Source: the human T2T-CHM13v2.0 reference genome, Homo sapiens. From it: a stretch of 64,000 nt of DNA. The stretch lies in the NCBI RefSeq assembly GCF_009914755.1, contig NC_060939.1; one strand, 5' to 3'. Below the pieces are notes generated by a model. It did no database searches. It worked only from the letters and a program-made list of their open reading frames with translations, and was not told the DNA's origin. The translations under genes and the position numbers were made by a program. How positions within the stretch are numbered: position 1 is the first letter of the stretch; every line of letters starts with the position of its first letter. Below, piece after piece: positions 47,293 through 62,234 of the stretch.

Positions 47293-49885
47293 TATCTCAT
47301 CATTTTTCATCTCATCATTTTTCATCTCATTTAATCTCATTTCATTTCATCTCATCATTTCAGCTCATCATTTCATCTCACCACATCTCTTCATTTCATC
47401 ATTTCATTTCAACATTTCATATTTCATCTCATCTCATCTTTCAATTTCATTTCAATACCATCATTTCATCATTTCATTTCATCTCATTTCATTATTTCAT
47501 TTCATCTCATTTCAATTCATCTCATCATTTTATCTCATCATTTTTCATCTCATCATTTAATCTCATCATCTCATCTCATCATTTCATCTCATTTCATCAT
47601 TTCATTTCATCATTTTATCTCATTTCATCTCATCTCATTTCAATTTCATTATTTCATTTCATTTCACTTCATTTCATCTCATCTCATCTCATCATTTCAT
47701 CTCATCTTATCTCATTTCATCTCATTTCTTCTCATCTCATCTCATCATTTCATCATTTCATCTCATTTCATCTCATCTCACCTCATCTCATCATTTCATC
47801 TCATCATTTCACCTCATCCTTTCAGCTCATCATTTCATCTCATTTCATCTCATCTCACCTCAGCATTTCGTCATTTCATCTCATCATTTATTTCATCTCA
47901 TTTTATCTCATCATTTCATCTCATCTCATCTCAATTCAATTTCCTTTAATTATTTCATTTCATCTCATTCATTTCATCTCATTTCATTACATCTCATCAT
48001 TTCCTCTCATCATTACATCTCGTCTCATTTCATCTCATCATTTCATCTCATTTCATCACATTATTCATCTCATCTCATCATTTCCATTTCATTTCCATTT
48101 CATTATTTCATCATTTAATTTCATCATCTCATTTAATTTCACCTCATTTCATTATTTCATTTCATTTTTTCATTTCATTATGTCATTTCATTTCATCTCA
48201 TTACATTTCATCTAATTTCATTTCATATCATTTCATCTCATCTTTTCATCTCATTTCATCTCATCATCTCATCAACTCATTTCATCTTATCTCATCATTT
48301 CATCAACTCATTTCATCTCATCATTTCATCATTTCATCTCATCATCTCATCAACTCATTTCATCTTATCTCATCATTTCATCATTTCATCTCATCATTTC
48401 ATCTCATCTCGTGTCTTCTCATCTCATTTCAATTTCATTTCATTATTTCATGTCATCTCATCTCATCATTTCATCTCATCACATCTCATCATTTCATCAT
48501 TTTATTTCATAATTTCATCTTATCATTTCATCTCATTTCATATCTCAATTTTATTTCAATTTCATTTCATTATTTCATCTCATTATTTCATTTCATTTCA
48601 TCAGTTCATCTCATCATTTCATCTCATCATCTCATCTCATCTCAAATTTATTTCAATTTCATTTCATTATTTCATCTCATTATTTCATTTCATTTCATCA
48701 GTTCATCTCATCATCTCATCTCATCTCATCATTTCATCTCATTTCATATCATTTTATCTCACCATTTCATCTCATCTCATCATTTCGTCTCATCTCATTT
48801 TATGTCATCATTTCGTGTCATCATTTCATCACATCTCATCTCATCTCATCTTTTCATCTCATCATTTCATCATTTCATCTCATCATTTCAACTCATTGCA
48901 TCTCATCTCATCATTTCCATTTCATTATTCCATTTCATCATTTCATTTATTTCATTTCATTGTCATTTCATCTCGTCACATTTCATCTCATCTCATCATT
49001 TCATCTCATTATTTCATCTGATTTCATGTTATCATATCATGTCATCATTTCATCTCACTTCATCACATCTCATCTCATCATTTAATCTCATCATTTAATC
49101 TCATTTCATCTCATCATTTCATCTCATCTCATCATTTCATCATTTCATCTCATCATTTCTGCTCATCTCATCATTTCCATTTCATTTCCATTTATTTCAT
49201 CATTTTATTTCATCATTTCATTATTTCATTTCATCTCATTTCATTATTGCATTTCATTATGTCATTTCATTTCATCTCATTTCATTACATCTCATTTCAT
49301 CTCATTTCATCTCATCTCATCTCATCATCTCATTTCATCTCATCATTTCATCTCATTTCATCTCATCTCACTTCATCATTTCATCTCATCTCATTTCAAT
49401 TTCATCATTACATTTCATAATTTCATTATTTCATTGCATCTCATTTCATTATTTCATCTCATTTCATCTCATTTTTCATCTCATCATTTTTCATCTCATT
49501 TCATCTCATTTCATTTTATCATCTCATCATTTCATCTCATCATTCATCTCATTTCATCTCATCATTTTATCTCATTATATCATCTCATCTCATTTCAATT
49601 TCATTATTTCATATCATTTCATTTTTTCATTTCATTTCATCTCATCATTTCTTCTCATCATTTCATCTCGTTTCATCTCATCATTTCATCCATCATCTCA
49701 TCATTTCATCTCATTTCATCTCATCTCATCTCCTTTCAATTTCTTTTCAATTTTGTCATTTTGTCTCATCATTTAATCTCATCATTTCTACTCACCATTT
49801 CATCTCAAAATTTCATCTCATCATTTCATCTCATCTCATCATTTAGTCATTTCATCTCATCTCAAGTCATATTATCATTTCATCT
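47293..49885. repeat. (CATTT/CATCT/CAT)n satellite-like array, right part (~2.6 kb)
   Basis: Same repeat as 40847-41264; local duplications at ~48258/48336 and ~48544/48642. Confidence 0.96.
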
Positions 49886-50039
49886 AAGTGAAATGACGTA
49901 ATGGAATCATGAAATGGATAGGATGCCCTCAGTGATGTTAAATTTAAAAATTGTTTTCATGTATTCATTTGTATATTTACATGTATTTATATTTATATTT
50001 ACTTATATTTCTTTTTACTTATTTTTATTTATGTTTTTA

Positions 50040-50460
50040 CTTATTTCTTTATTTATAGACAAGGTCCTGTTCTGTGGCCTAGGCTGCAATGCAGTGGTGC
50101 ATTCACAGTTCACTGCAGCCTTGAGCAAACCTCCCACCTTAGCCTCCCGGGTGGCCGGGACCCCAGGTGCGCACCACCACACCTGGTTAATATTTTATTA
50201 TTTGTAGAGATGGAGTCTTGCTATTCTGCCCAGGCTGGTCTCAAACTCCTGGGCTCAAGCAATCCTCCTGCCTTTGCAACCCAAAATGCTGGGATTACAG
50301 ATATGAGCCACAGTGCCCAACCTATTTATTTATTTATTTATTTAATAAAGAAAAGGTCTCAATATGTGGCCCAGGCTGGTCAACTCCTGGACTCAAATGA
50401 TTCTCCCAACTTGGCCTCTCAAAATGTTGGGATTACAGGTATGAGCCACCATGCCTGGCC
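50040..50460 (-). mobile_element. Old AluJ-type element plus adjacent Alu monomer
   Basis: Diverged antisense Alu, 'aactcctgggctcaagcaatcctcctgcc'; second monomer from ~50350. Confidence 0.8.
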
Positions 50461-50885
50461 TAAAAATAATATTATATTTTTGTATTATATAATTTTCAAT
50501 TAGGTAATATGAATACTCTGTACAGGAAATACGCCCTTAATTACATAGGAATAAACATTTGTTACACTGAGAAAAATCTAATAGAGCTAAAAATATAAAT
50601 TAATTTGGAAATGTCATTAGATACTCATACATTCTTATGTTTATACATTCTTTCATATATTCATATACTCTTTTAACAGTATCAATGGTTTGGAGTTATG
50701 TGTACAAAACCATGACCTATATGTAATACAACTAATAACAAGCACTTACAATTCAAGGCATATTATATACAAAGCTTTAACTTCTCATCATCAGATTTTT
50801 TTTTCTTTCTGTTTTGGCAGATACTATGAACACAACATTCAACTCACAGACACCATGGAGCCCTTACTAAGCATAAAGTACTGTG

Positions 50886-53800
50886 AAAGGCCAGGGCTAG
50901 GACAGAACTGAGACAGGGCCAGGGATAGGACAGAGCCAGGGCAAGGTCATGGACAGAGAAAAACCAGGGGCAGGGTCATAGCCAGGGACATGAGAGGACC
51001 AAGGCCAGGGCCAGAAGTAGGGCAGAACCAGGGCCAGGGCAGGGACATGGCAGGGCCAGGGCCATGGCAGGATCAGGGTCAGCAGAAGGCCAGGGCAGGG
51101 CTAGGGTAGCACAGGGCCAAGGCAGGGCAGGGTCAGTGTAGAGCAAGAATGGGCCAGAGTATGGCAGGGCAGGGACAGGGAGGTCCAGGGCCAGAGTCAG
51201 GTCCAGGACATGGACAGGGCAGGGCCAGAAACATGGCAGGACCAGAAAGGGGACAGGGCAAGGGCAAGGCCAGAGAAGGACCATGGAAAAAACATGGCCA
51301 GGGAGGGTCCAGGGCAAGGGCAACGCCAGGGCAGAACCAGAGCCAGGGCAGGCCAAAGGCAGGGCCAGGCCAGGGCAAGGTCAGGGTAGGGCAGGGCCAG
51401 TGTAGGGTGAGGGTAGGGCCAGGGCGAGTTCAGGGCCAGGGTAGGACTAAGAGAGCACAGGGCCAGTGCAGGGCCAAAGGAGGGGCCAGGGCCAAGCATG
51501 GCCAGTGTGGGGCCTGGGGATTGTCAGGGCCAGGGCCAGGGCCAGGGCCAGGGTCAAGACTGGGCCAGGGGCAGGGCCAGGGAGAAGGCAAAACCAGAGA
51601 GGATCCAGAGCAAGAGCAGGGCCAGGGCAGAACCAGGACCAGGATAAGGCAAAGCCAAGGCCAGGGCAGGGCAAGGCCAGGGCAGGGCAAGACCAGGGAA
51701 GGGCAAGGCCAGGGTAGAAAAGGCTAGTGTAGGGCCAGGCCAGGGTAGGAGAAGGCCACGGTAGGGCCAAGGCAGGGCAGGGCTAGGGTAGCACAGGGCA
51801 GGGCCATAGCAGTGGCAGGACTAGCAACAGGGCCAGGGTAAGTGCTGGACCAGAGCATGGTGGGGACAATACAGGGCCAGGACAGACGATGGCAAGGCAG
51901 GGCCAGGGCCATTTCATGGACTCGGTAGGCCTGGGGTCAGGCCAGGGCAGGGCAAGAGCAAGGCCAGGGAGAAGGCAGGGCCGGGGCCAAAGCAGTGCCA
52001 GGGCAAGGCAGGACCAGTGCAGGGCCAATGCAGGGTGAGGGCAAGGCCAGGGCATGGAAGGGCAGGGCAGGACCAAGGAAGGGCCAGGAGAGGGCCACGG
52101 CAGGGTCAAGGCCAGAACAAGGGTACGGCTGGGGTCAGGAATATGGTAGGACAAGGGCTGGGCCCAGGCTGGGACATGCAGGGCAGAGCATGGCCTGTGC
52201 AAGGCACGGCCAGAGCCAGGCCATAGAGATGGGAGGGCAACACCAAGGCAGAGTCAGGGTAGATCCAGGGCTGAGCAGAGTCAGGGCAGGTCCAGAGTCG
52301 AGGCAGAGCTAGGGCCCAAGCAGGGCCATGGCAGCGCCAGGGCAGAGGAGGGCAGGGCAACGCAGGACTGGGCCATGGTAGTGCCTGGTCAACTCCGGGG
52401 CAGGGCCAGAAGCAGGACAGGGACAGGGCCAATGCTCAGGCCAGGGACAGGGCATGACAGGAAGTGCCAGAGCAGGGCTGGGCCAACGTTGGGGCAGGGC
52501 AAATCAGACCAGGACACCTCCAAGTCCAGCTCTGGCCCTGCCTTGGCCCTGGCCCCTTCCTGGCCTGACCTTGTCCCTGGCCCTGCCCTATCCATGCCCT
52601 GTGTGTTTGACCAGTGTTTTATAACCAGAATCCTACAAGAAACTTAAATCAGCTCTTTTTGTGCATTTTTAGTAGAGATGGGGTTTCACAATGTTGCCCA
52701 GGCTGGTTCCAAACTCCTGAGCTCAAGCCATCTGCCTGCCTTGGCCTCCCAAAGTGCTGGGATTACAGGAGTAATCTGGCCAAGTATTTAACTTCTTTAT
52801 GGCTGTTTCCTACATTTGGAAAATGGGGATGCTTTAAGTACCTAGCATGTAGAATTATTGTGAGAATCAATGCCTCACATATTTACATATTGATAAAATT
52901 ATACTCATAGAATACTACTGGAAGCAAAGATAGTATTAGTTAAAATTTAGTGATTATTTACTGCAAATATTATTACTATTACAAACAACATAGTATAGAC
53001 ATTATTACTACTACTGTAGTTATCTTAAAAATCTAAAATAAAAATTTTACATAACAGCCTAACGTAATCTCTCCTGCTCTGCCCCGGCTCAGCCCTAGTA
53101 CCGGCTCTGCCCCTAGTCCTACCACATTCCTGGCCCTGACCCTTCCCTGGTCCTGCCGCTGCCTTGGCCCTTCCCATCTTCAGGCCTTACCATGGCCCTA
53201 CCCTGGTCCTGACCCTGGCCCTACCCCAGAGAAGGGGTATGGCAGAGCCAGGGAAGCGCTGGGGAAATAAGGGACAGGACACATCCAAATCCAGAAAAGG
53301 GCCAGGGCCATGACAGAGCCAGGGCAAGTCCTTGGCAGGGCCAGGTTCCAGGCCAGGGCCAGGAAAGGGTCATGGCAGGGTCACTGTATGGCCAAGGTCC
53401 AGGCCAAAGCCAAGGCACAGGCAGGGTCAGGCCTGCATAAGGGCAGGACGAGAGCCAGGCCATAGAGTAGGGCAAATGCCAAGCCAAGGCCAGGGTAGTG
53501 CCAGGGCTAAGGCAAGGTCAGGGAAGGTCCAGGGCTGCGTCAAGGCTAGAACCAAGACGGGACAAAGGCCGGGGCAGATCTAGGGCACAAGCAGGGCAGG
53601 CTAAGGCAGGGCAATGGCAAGACCAGGCCATGGCAGGGCCAGCCCAGGATAGAACAGGGCACAGGCAGGGCAGGGCCAGGACCATGGCTGGGGCAGGACA
53701 AGGACCAGGACCGAGGTCCAGGCCAGGGCAAGGGTATGGCCAGGGCAGAGGTAGGGCCCGAGCCAGGGTCTGGGCAGGACCAAGGCAGGTCTATTGCAGG

Positions 53801-56690
53801 GCCAGGGTTCAGACCAGGGCCAGAACCAGGAAAGGGCAATGTCAGAACAAGGGCCATGGCAGGACCAGCAATGGGGCTGGGGCCAGGACAGGGACAGGGG
53901 CCGGGTCAGGGCCAGGGCCAGAATAGCATGCCAGGATAGAGCCAGGCCAAATTAGGGCCAGGACAGGGTCAGGACCAGGGCTGGGCCAGGGTATGGCCTT
54001 AAGTAGTGAACGGCCAGGGCCAGGGTCCATGCCAGTGCCAGCGCTGGTCCAGGGCAGAGGCAGGGCCATGGCCAGGTCAAGGACAAGGCTGGGGCAGGGC
54101 CAAGGTCTGGGTCAGGGTCAGCACAAGACCAGGACAGAGCCAGGGGAGGGACAGGGCCATGATAAGACCAGGTTAAATCATGGACAAGACACCTGCAAAT
54201 CCACTTCAGGGCCAGGGTCAGGGCAGGGCCAGTTCAGGGCCAAGGCCAAGACAGGGCCAGGGCCAGGGCTGTCAGGGTCATTGGCAGGGCAAGGGCCATG
54301 GCAGGGCCAGGGTCAGGAGCAGGGGTCAATGCCAGGCTAAGGCCACAGATAGGACCAGGTCTGTGCTAGGGCCAGTGTGAGGGCCAAGGCAGGGTCATGG
54401 CAGGGCCAAAGGGAGGGCAGGGCCAGGGCAGGGTGGAGCAGGCCCAGGGTTGCACAGGGTTAAGGTAGGGCATGACCAACCAGGGCAGGTCTATGGCTGG
54501 GGCCGGGGCAGGGCCAGGGCCGGGGCAGGGCCAGAGCCAGGGCAGGGCCAAGACAGTGGCAGCTCCAGGGCAGGGCCAGGGTTAGGACCACGGACGTGTC
54601 CAAGGCCAGTGCCAGGGCAAGGGCAAGGGCAGGTGCAGGGCCAGGTTCATCTAAGAACCAGGGACAAAGCCAGGCCCAGAGCTGGGCCAGGACAGGTACC
54701 TGGCAGGGCTAGGGTCTGGGACAGGGCCATGGCAGGGCCAGGGCCACAACCAGGTCTGTGCTATGGCCAGGTCCAACAGAGTGGCCAGGTAAGGCTAGGG
54801 TGAAGGCCAAGGTAGGGCCAGGGCAGGGTCAAAGCCAGGCTAGGGCCAAGGCAGGGCCAGGACAGGCAAGACAGGGCCAGGAAAGCATAGGGCCAAGGCA
54901 GGGCAGGGCCAGGGAACAGCCAGGGCAGGGCCAGGGCCAGGGCCATGGCCATGGCCTGGGCAGGACCAGGTTTGGGGCAGGAGCAAAACAAGGACACGGT
55001 CAGTGCAGGATCTTGGCACAGCCAGGGTCCAGGACAGTGTCAGGGAAGGGCCAAGGCAGGGTCTGGGCCACGGTAAGACCAGCAACAGGGCTGGGGCTAG
55101 GCCAGTGACAGGACCAGAGTCAGGGCAAGGGCCAGAGCAGTGCAAGGCCAGGGTAGGGCCAGGCATTTCAGGGTCAGGGCCAGGGGAGAACCAGGGCAAG
55201 GTCTCAAGCAGGGAAGGGCCAGGGCCAGGACAGGTCCAGGGCAGGGCCATGACAGGGCCAGGGGCTGCGTTAGGGCAAGGGCAGGGCCAGGGCAAGGTAA
55301 GGGTCAGGGCCAAGGCCAGGGTAGGGACAGGGCAAGAAATATGGCAGGACCAGGGGCAATGCCAAGGCCAAGGCTGGGCCAGGGCTGAGCCAGGGCTGAG
55401 TCGGGCAGGGCAGGGCAGGGCATGGTATGGCCAGTGCAGGACAGGACAAGAGCCGGTCCACACAGAGAGCAGAGCTGATGCCAAAGAAGAGCCAGGCTAG
55501 TGCCGAGGCTGAGGCAGTGTCAGAGCATGTCCAGGGCAGGGCAGGGCCGGGGCCAGGGCCAGAACCGAGCCAGGGCACAGCCAAGGCAGGGTAGGGCAGG
55601 GAAATAGCATGGCCAGGTCAGTACTGGGACAGGGCAGAGCAGGGCAAGGCGATGGTAGCGGCAGGGCAGGGACATGCCAATGCAGAGCTATGTTACGCCG
55701 GGGCCAGGACACCTCGAAGTTCACTTCAGGGCCAGGGCTATGGCAGGACAAAGACCAGGGCCAGGGTCAGGGCCAGGTCTGTGCTAGGGCCAGCTCCAGA
55801 GCAGGGCCTAGCGAAGACTAGGGTGAGGGCCAAGGTAAGGCCAGGGCAGGGTCAAAGGCAGAGTAGGGCCAGGTCAGGGTGATGACACATCCAGAGCACA
55901 GCAGGGCAGGGTGATGGCAAGACCAGGGGCAGACCACTGCCAGCTCAGGACCACGGAAAGGCCAGTGCAGAGCCAGGAAAGGGTCTGGGTCTGGGTCAGG
56001 GCCAGGAACAAGGCAGAGCAGGGCCAGGGCCATGGCAGAGTCAGGGCAGGTCCTTGACAGGACCAGGTTCCAGGCCAGGGCCAGGGCAGCAGCAGGGGCA
56101 GGGCCTGGATAAGGGCAGGGCCAGGGATATGGCAGGACCAGGGCTAGGGTCAGGGCCAGGCCATAGTGAGGGCAGGGCAAAAGCCAAGGCAGGGTCAGGG
56201 CAGGTCCAGGGAGCGGCCAGCACCAAGCGGGGCCAAGGCACAACCAGCGCAGGGTAAGGCAGGGCAATGGCACCACTAGGCCATGACAGGGCAAGGTCAG
56301 TGCCAGGAGAGGGTAGAACAGGCAGGCCTATGGTGGGGCCAGGGCAGGGATGGGCCAAAGCAGGGCCAGGACATGTCCAAGGCCAGGTCAGGGCCAGAAC
56401 AGGAGCAGGACCATGACCATTGGCAGGGCCAGTGCCATGACAGCACCAGGGTCAGGACAAGGGGCAGGGCCAGAGCCAGGGCCGGAGCCAAGGTCAGGCC
56501 AGGGCAGGTTCAGGGCAGGGCCAGTGCCAGGGCAAGACCAGGGCAAGGACAGGGTAGCACAGGGCCAAGACAGGGTCAGGATGGGACCAGAGCAGGACAG
56601 GGCCGAGACAGTCCAGGTAACAGTAGGGCAGGTACAGGGCAAGGCAGGGCAGTACAGGGTCAGATCCACGGCATGGGCAGGGCAAAGCCA
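50886..56690. repeat. CAGGG-type (CAGGGC/CAGGG/CAAGG) GC-rich degenerate array, interrupted at ~52600-53070
   Basis: Very many cagggc/ccaggg units, G-rich on +, with short opposite-polarity stretches at ~52530-52600 and ~53070-53225. Confidence 0.93.
52650..52885. mobile_element. Alu left-arm fragment (minus) followed by MIR fragment, inside the CAGGG array
   Basis: 'tttttagtagagatggggtttcac...cccaaagtgctgggattacagg' then 'gccaagtatttaacttct...tggaaaatggggat...attattgtgagaatcaatg'. Confidence 0.75.
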
Positions 56691-56694
56691 TTGC

Positions 56695-57975
56695 CAATGC
56701 GCCAGCCCTCCCTACAAGGCTCCTACCACCTGGCCACTGCTGCAGCCCATCCATTGCTGTAAGCCTGACCCCCAACCCTGGCTGCAGCCACCTGCCCTCC
56801 TAGTGCGGCCGCTCTCCTACCACTCTGGTGCACTGCAGTCTCCGTTGATGCCACCCTCCCGCAGCGAGGCGAGCCGTGGTGTCGCAGGCTCTAGGTGTCT
56901 CCTCCTCCTCCTGGCATGGAGCAGCTGGGCGGGCAAAGCCAGAAAAGCCTAGAGGAAGATGTGAGGGGTGGAAGGGTTAGAGCCTCACCTTGTCATGCTG
57001 GCCACTGGGTGGCAGGGGCCAGTTTCAGCAAAGGCACTCACACCCACCCTCCAAAGTCCAGCCTCTCCCTTTGGCCCAAGCTGGCCAGGAACTGGGGTCT
57101 GGGGTGGGTGCTGGAGACACCACAGCACCCAGCTCCCCACTCCACAGGAACCATTGGGCCCACCAGGGCTGCACTCCTCAGGGAGTAGGAGAAGCAGAAA
57201 AATTCAGACCCAGACAGCCCTCAGCACCCAGGTGCCAATTCCTGTTCCGGACGCCTCCACACACAGGGCCCTGTCCCCCGTGGTGTCCCCAGGGGTGCCT
57301 GGCAGCCTCTGAGGCACAGACCCAGAGTGCACAGGCCCAGGAACCACGGTGGGTGTGGGGGCTCTGCCATGCTCAGGATTCCCACGCAAACGCTGTGCGC
57401 CTGCCGCACCCCAGTATGACCAAGAGTGGGTCGCTCTCTGGAGTGTGGAGTCAGGGAGAGGAGAACCACTCCTTCCTTGGATGCCAACTCTGCTGACCGC
57501 CGCCAGCAGTGCAGCCCCTGATAGCACTGAACTCACCCCTCTCCATGGCTAGTCCTGCCCTCAATAGCTCCCCCCACCTCCATCCCCCAATGCCACCAGT
57601 AGCGTATACCTGATAGTGCCCTAACCTGTCCTTCTCCATGGGCATTGCAGTCCCAGAAAGCGCCCATAACCCACCCTCCCTGCCATGTGCAGTGCAGCCC
57701 TGTACAGTGCTACCAACCAGTACCCCTAATGCAGGCAATGACACCCTGGATAGCGCCCCCAACCCACCCCACACTGCGAAAGGTGCAGCCCTGGATAGCC
57801 CCTGTCCTACCACTTTGGTCATGCTGCAGTCTCTGTCACCGCCACCACCAACCACAGTGAGGCAAGCCAATGGGCCACAGGCTGTAGCACCCAGCAGCCA
57901 GGCATGGAGCAGCTCTCGCTGATGGCCGGCTCCTACCACTCTGACCACGCTGCTGTCTCCGTGGCCATCTTCTTT
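56695..57975. repeat. REP522-like GC-rich pericentromeric/subtelomeric repeat (tentative)
   Basis: Internally repetitive C-rich motifs ('ctcctaccactctg', 'ctgcagtctc', 'ccctggatagc', 'ggcatggagcagct') next to a CAGGG array. Family assigned from memory only. Confidence 0.5.
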
Positions 57976-57977
57976 GA

Positions 57978-59185
57978 CTACAAAGGAATAAAACTAGGTA
58001 TCAATAAGAAGAGTAATTTTGGAAACAATACAATCACATGGAAGTTAAACACTACCCTCCTGAATAAATGACTAGCGGGTCAATGAAGATACTAAGACAG
58101 AAATTCAAAAATTTCATGAAACAAAGGGTAATGAAAACACAGTATACCAAAACTTGTTATGCAGAAAGCAGTACAAAGGCAGAGATTTACAGCTATAAGT
58201 GCCTACCATCCAAACAAAAGAAAAACTTTAAATAAACAGTACATCTTAAAGAACTATTAAAGTAAAAACAAACTAAACCGAAAATAAGAAAATAAATAAG
58301 ATCATAGCAGAAATAAAATTGAAATAAAAAACACACATGATTAAATGAAAAGTTGGTTTTCTGGAAAGCTAAACAAAATTGACAAACTTTTAACCAGGCT
58401 AACTAAGAAAAAAGAGAAAAGATTCAAATAAATAAAATCAACAGATTAAAAAAAAGGAGACATTACAACTAATACTTCAGAAATTCAAAGGATCATAACT
58501 GGCTATTATATGCCAATAAATTGGAAAGCCTAGTAGAAATTGGCAAATTCCTAGATGCATACATCTAGGAATACACCTACTTAGGTTGTATACACCTACT
58601 TACGTTGAATAATGAAAACATCCAAGACCAAAACAGATTGGTAACAAGAAATGAGATTGAAGCCATCAGAAAAAGTCTCCCAGTAAAGAAAAGCCCAGGA
58701 ACTGATGTCTTCACTGCTGATGGCTTCACAACAAACAATTTAAAGACCTAGTACGAATCCTACTCAAACTATTTTGAAAAACAGGAGGGAATACTTCCAA
58801 ACTTATTCTATGAGACCATTATTACTGTGATACCAAAATCAGACAAAGGCATCAAAGAAGGAAACTACAGGCCAGTATTTCAAATATTGATGCAAAAATC
58901 CTCAACAAAATACCAGTGAATCAAATTCAGTAATACATTAAAAAGATAATTCATCATGATCAAGTGCGATGTATCCCTGGGATGCAAGGGTCACTCAACA
59001 TACAATGTGATACATCATATCAATCAAATAAATGACAAAAACAGTATGATCATGTCAACTGAAACTGAAAAAGCATTTGGTGAAATTCAACATCCTTCAT
59101 GCTATTAATCCTCAAAGAAACGGGTACAGAAGAAACATACCACAACATAATAAAAACTACAGGAAAGACACCCACAGCTAGAATC
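57978..59185 (+). mobile_element. Old L1 ORF2 fragment (EN end to RT), decayed
   Basis: Diverged matches to L1 ORF2: 'acatggaagttaaac', 'aagaaaagcccagga', 'attgatgcaaaaatcctcaacaaaatac', 'catcatgatcaagtg'. Confidence 0.85.
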
Positions 59186-59189
59186 ATAT

Positions 59190-59470
59190 GGAGGGAGGTC
59201 CAGGCTGCAGTGAGCTGTGATCCCACCACTGCACTCCAGCCTGGGCAACAGAGTGAAACCCTGTCTCAAAAAAAATATGTAAAAAGAGGTATGAGCCTCT
59301 TTTATAGGTGCAGTGACTCACATCTGTAATCCCAACACTTTCTGGGAGGCTGAGGTGAGAGGATCTCTTGAGGCCAGGAGTTCAAGATCAGCCTGGGCAT
59401 CACAGCGAGACCCTTTATCTACAAAAAATTTTTAAACATTTGCCAGGTGTGGTGGCACGTGCCTGTAGTC
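59190..59470 (+). mobile_element. Two Alu fragments (3' end with tail; AluJ/FLAM-like left arm)
   Basis: 'gaggtccaggctgcagtgagctgtgatc...ctgtctcaaaaaaaa' and 'ggaggctgaggtgagaggatctcttgaggccaggagttcaag'. Confidence 0.8.
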
Positions 59471-59474
59471 TTAA

Positions 59475-60050
59475 ACAATTATCATATGACCCAGATAGTC
59501 TATTCCTTAGGGATATACCCAAGGGAAATGAAAATATACATCCACACTAAAATTTGTACACAAATGTTCATAGCAGCATTGTTCATAATAGCCAAAAATT
59601 GGAAAAAAAACTCAAGTGCCTATCAACAGAGGAACTAATAAAATATGGTATATCCATTCAAAAGATTACTCAGCATTAAAAAAGAATGAAGTGCTGATAT
59701 ACGCTACAGCATGGATAAACCTTGAAAACACTGTGCCAAGTGAAATAAGTCAATCACAAAAGACCATATGTAGTAAGATTTCATTCTGTGAAACCTCCAG
59801 AAGAGCTAAACTCAGAGACAGAAAGTAGGCTAGTTATTGCCAGGGACTAGGGGAAAAGGGAATAAGGATGACTGCTAATGGGTATGGGATTTCTTGTGGA
59901 CTGATGAAAATGGTCTGAAAGTATCTAGATACCTGTCTTGTTTGTGCGATTCTGTGAATATATTATAAACCACAAAATTCTGCACTCAAGGGGTTGATTT
60001 CATGGTAGGTGAATTTATCTCATTTATCTTTATCTCAATAAAGCTTTTTA
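59475..60050 (+). mobile_element. L1MB-type 3' end
   Basis: 'atacccaagggaaatgaaaatatacatccacac', 'catggataaaccttgaaaaca', terminal 'tatctcaataaagct'. Confidence 0.75.
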
Positions 60051-60236
60051 AAGACACTTTAAAAAGACATATCTGTATAAGCTACAAAAATAACATACTG
60101 AGAGACTAAAATGCCTAATTTTTCCATTTTTCTTCTTCAGCGCAATCTCAAGTCCAAAAGTCTTTCCTTCCTATATATGCGTATTTTGTCCAGTGAAACA
60201 AGACACTCTATTAATTTTTTATTAGAAATAAAAAAA

Positions 60237-61484
<1,248 letters not shown>

Positions 61485-61719
61485 TTAAAAAAATCACAGA
61501 CTACAAATACTCAGGTTTAAGCAAATTCCCACCTTTCTTGAATTAACAGTAATTCATATTTGCTTTGTCAAAACTGTAGATATTTACCTGCCCCAACGGA
61601 ATGAAATCCTAAAAGCCTAGTGTTCTCAAATGATGAAGAGAAAGAAATATGCATATTTTAATTTAGAATTTTGATTTAGAATTAATTTTAACCTAGCTGG
61701 AGTATACATAATCATTTAT

Positions 61720-62026
61720 GTATTTATTTACTTATTTAAGAGACTGGGTTTCGCTGTATTATCCAGACTGGAATGCAGTGGCACAACCTTGGCTCACTGC
61801 AACTTGTACTTCCTGAGCTCAAGCGATCCTCCCACCTCAGCCTCCAGGGTAGCTGGGACTGCAAGTGCACGCTACCACACCCAGCTAATTTTTGCGGAGA
61901 CGAGTCTCGCTATGTTTCCCACACCGGTCTCTAACTCCTTGGCTCACTACAGCCTCAAGCCTCTGGGCTCAAGCAATCTGCCTCCCAAAGTGCTGAGATT
62001 ACAGGAGTGAGCCACCGCACCCGGCC
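61720..62026 (-). mobile_element. AluJ-type element
   Basis: 'cctgagctcaagcgatcctcccacctcagcctcc...gtgagccaccgcacccggcc'. Confidence 0.85.
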
Positions 62027-62234
62027 TAGTGGATAGTGTATACTAAGCAACATATACCCTGCTTTTGCCTAGAACATACTGAAAACATGGCATTAAAAAC
62101 AATCACAAAAGTTGGGAGCTGAGAAAAATCATATACTGTAAAACAAATCTGACAGATATTAATCTCAAGAAGCTCCTGAAAATGTCTCAAGAACTCCTAT
62201 GTTGCACTCTCCCTAATAATTTAGACTTTCTACA

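Noticed and set aside
50976-56952. GQGQG/ARARA/PWPCP-rich ORFs
   Set aside because: Frame products of the CAGGGC hexamer array.
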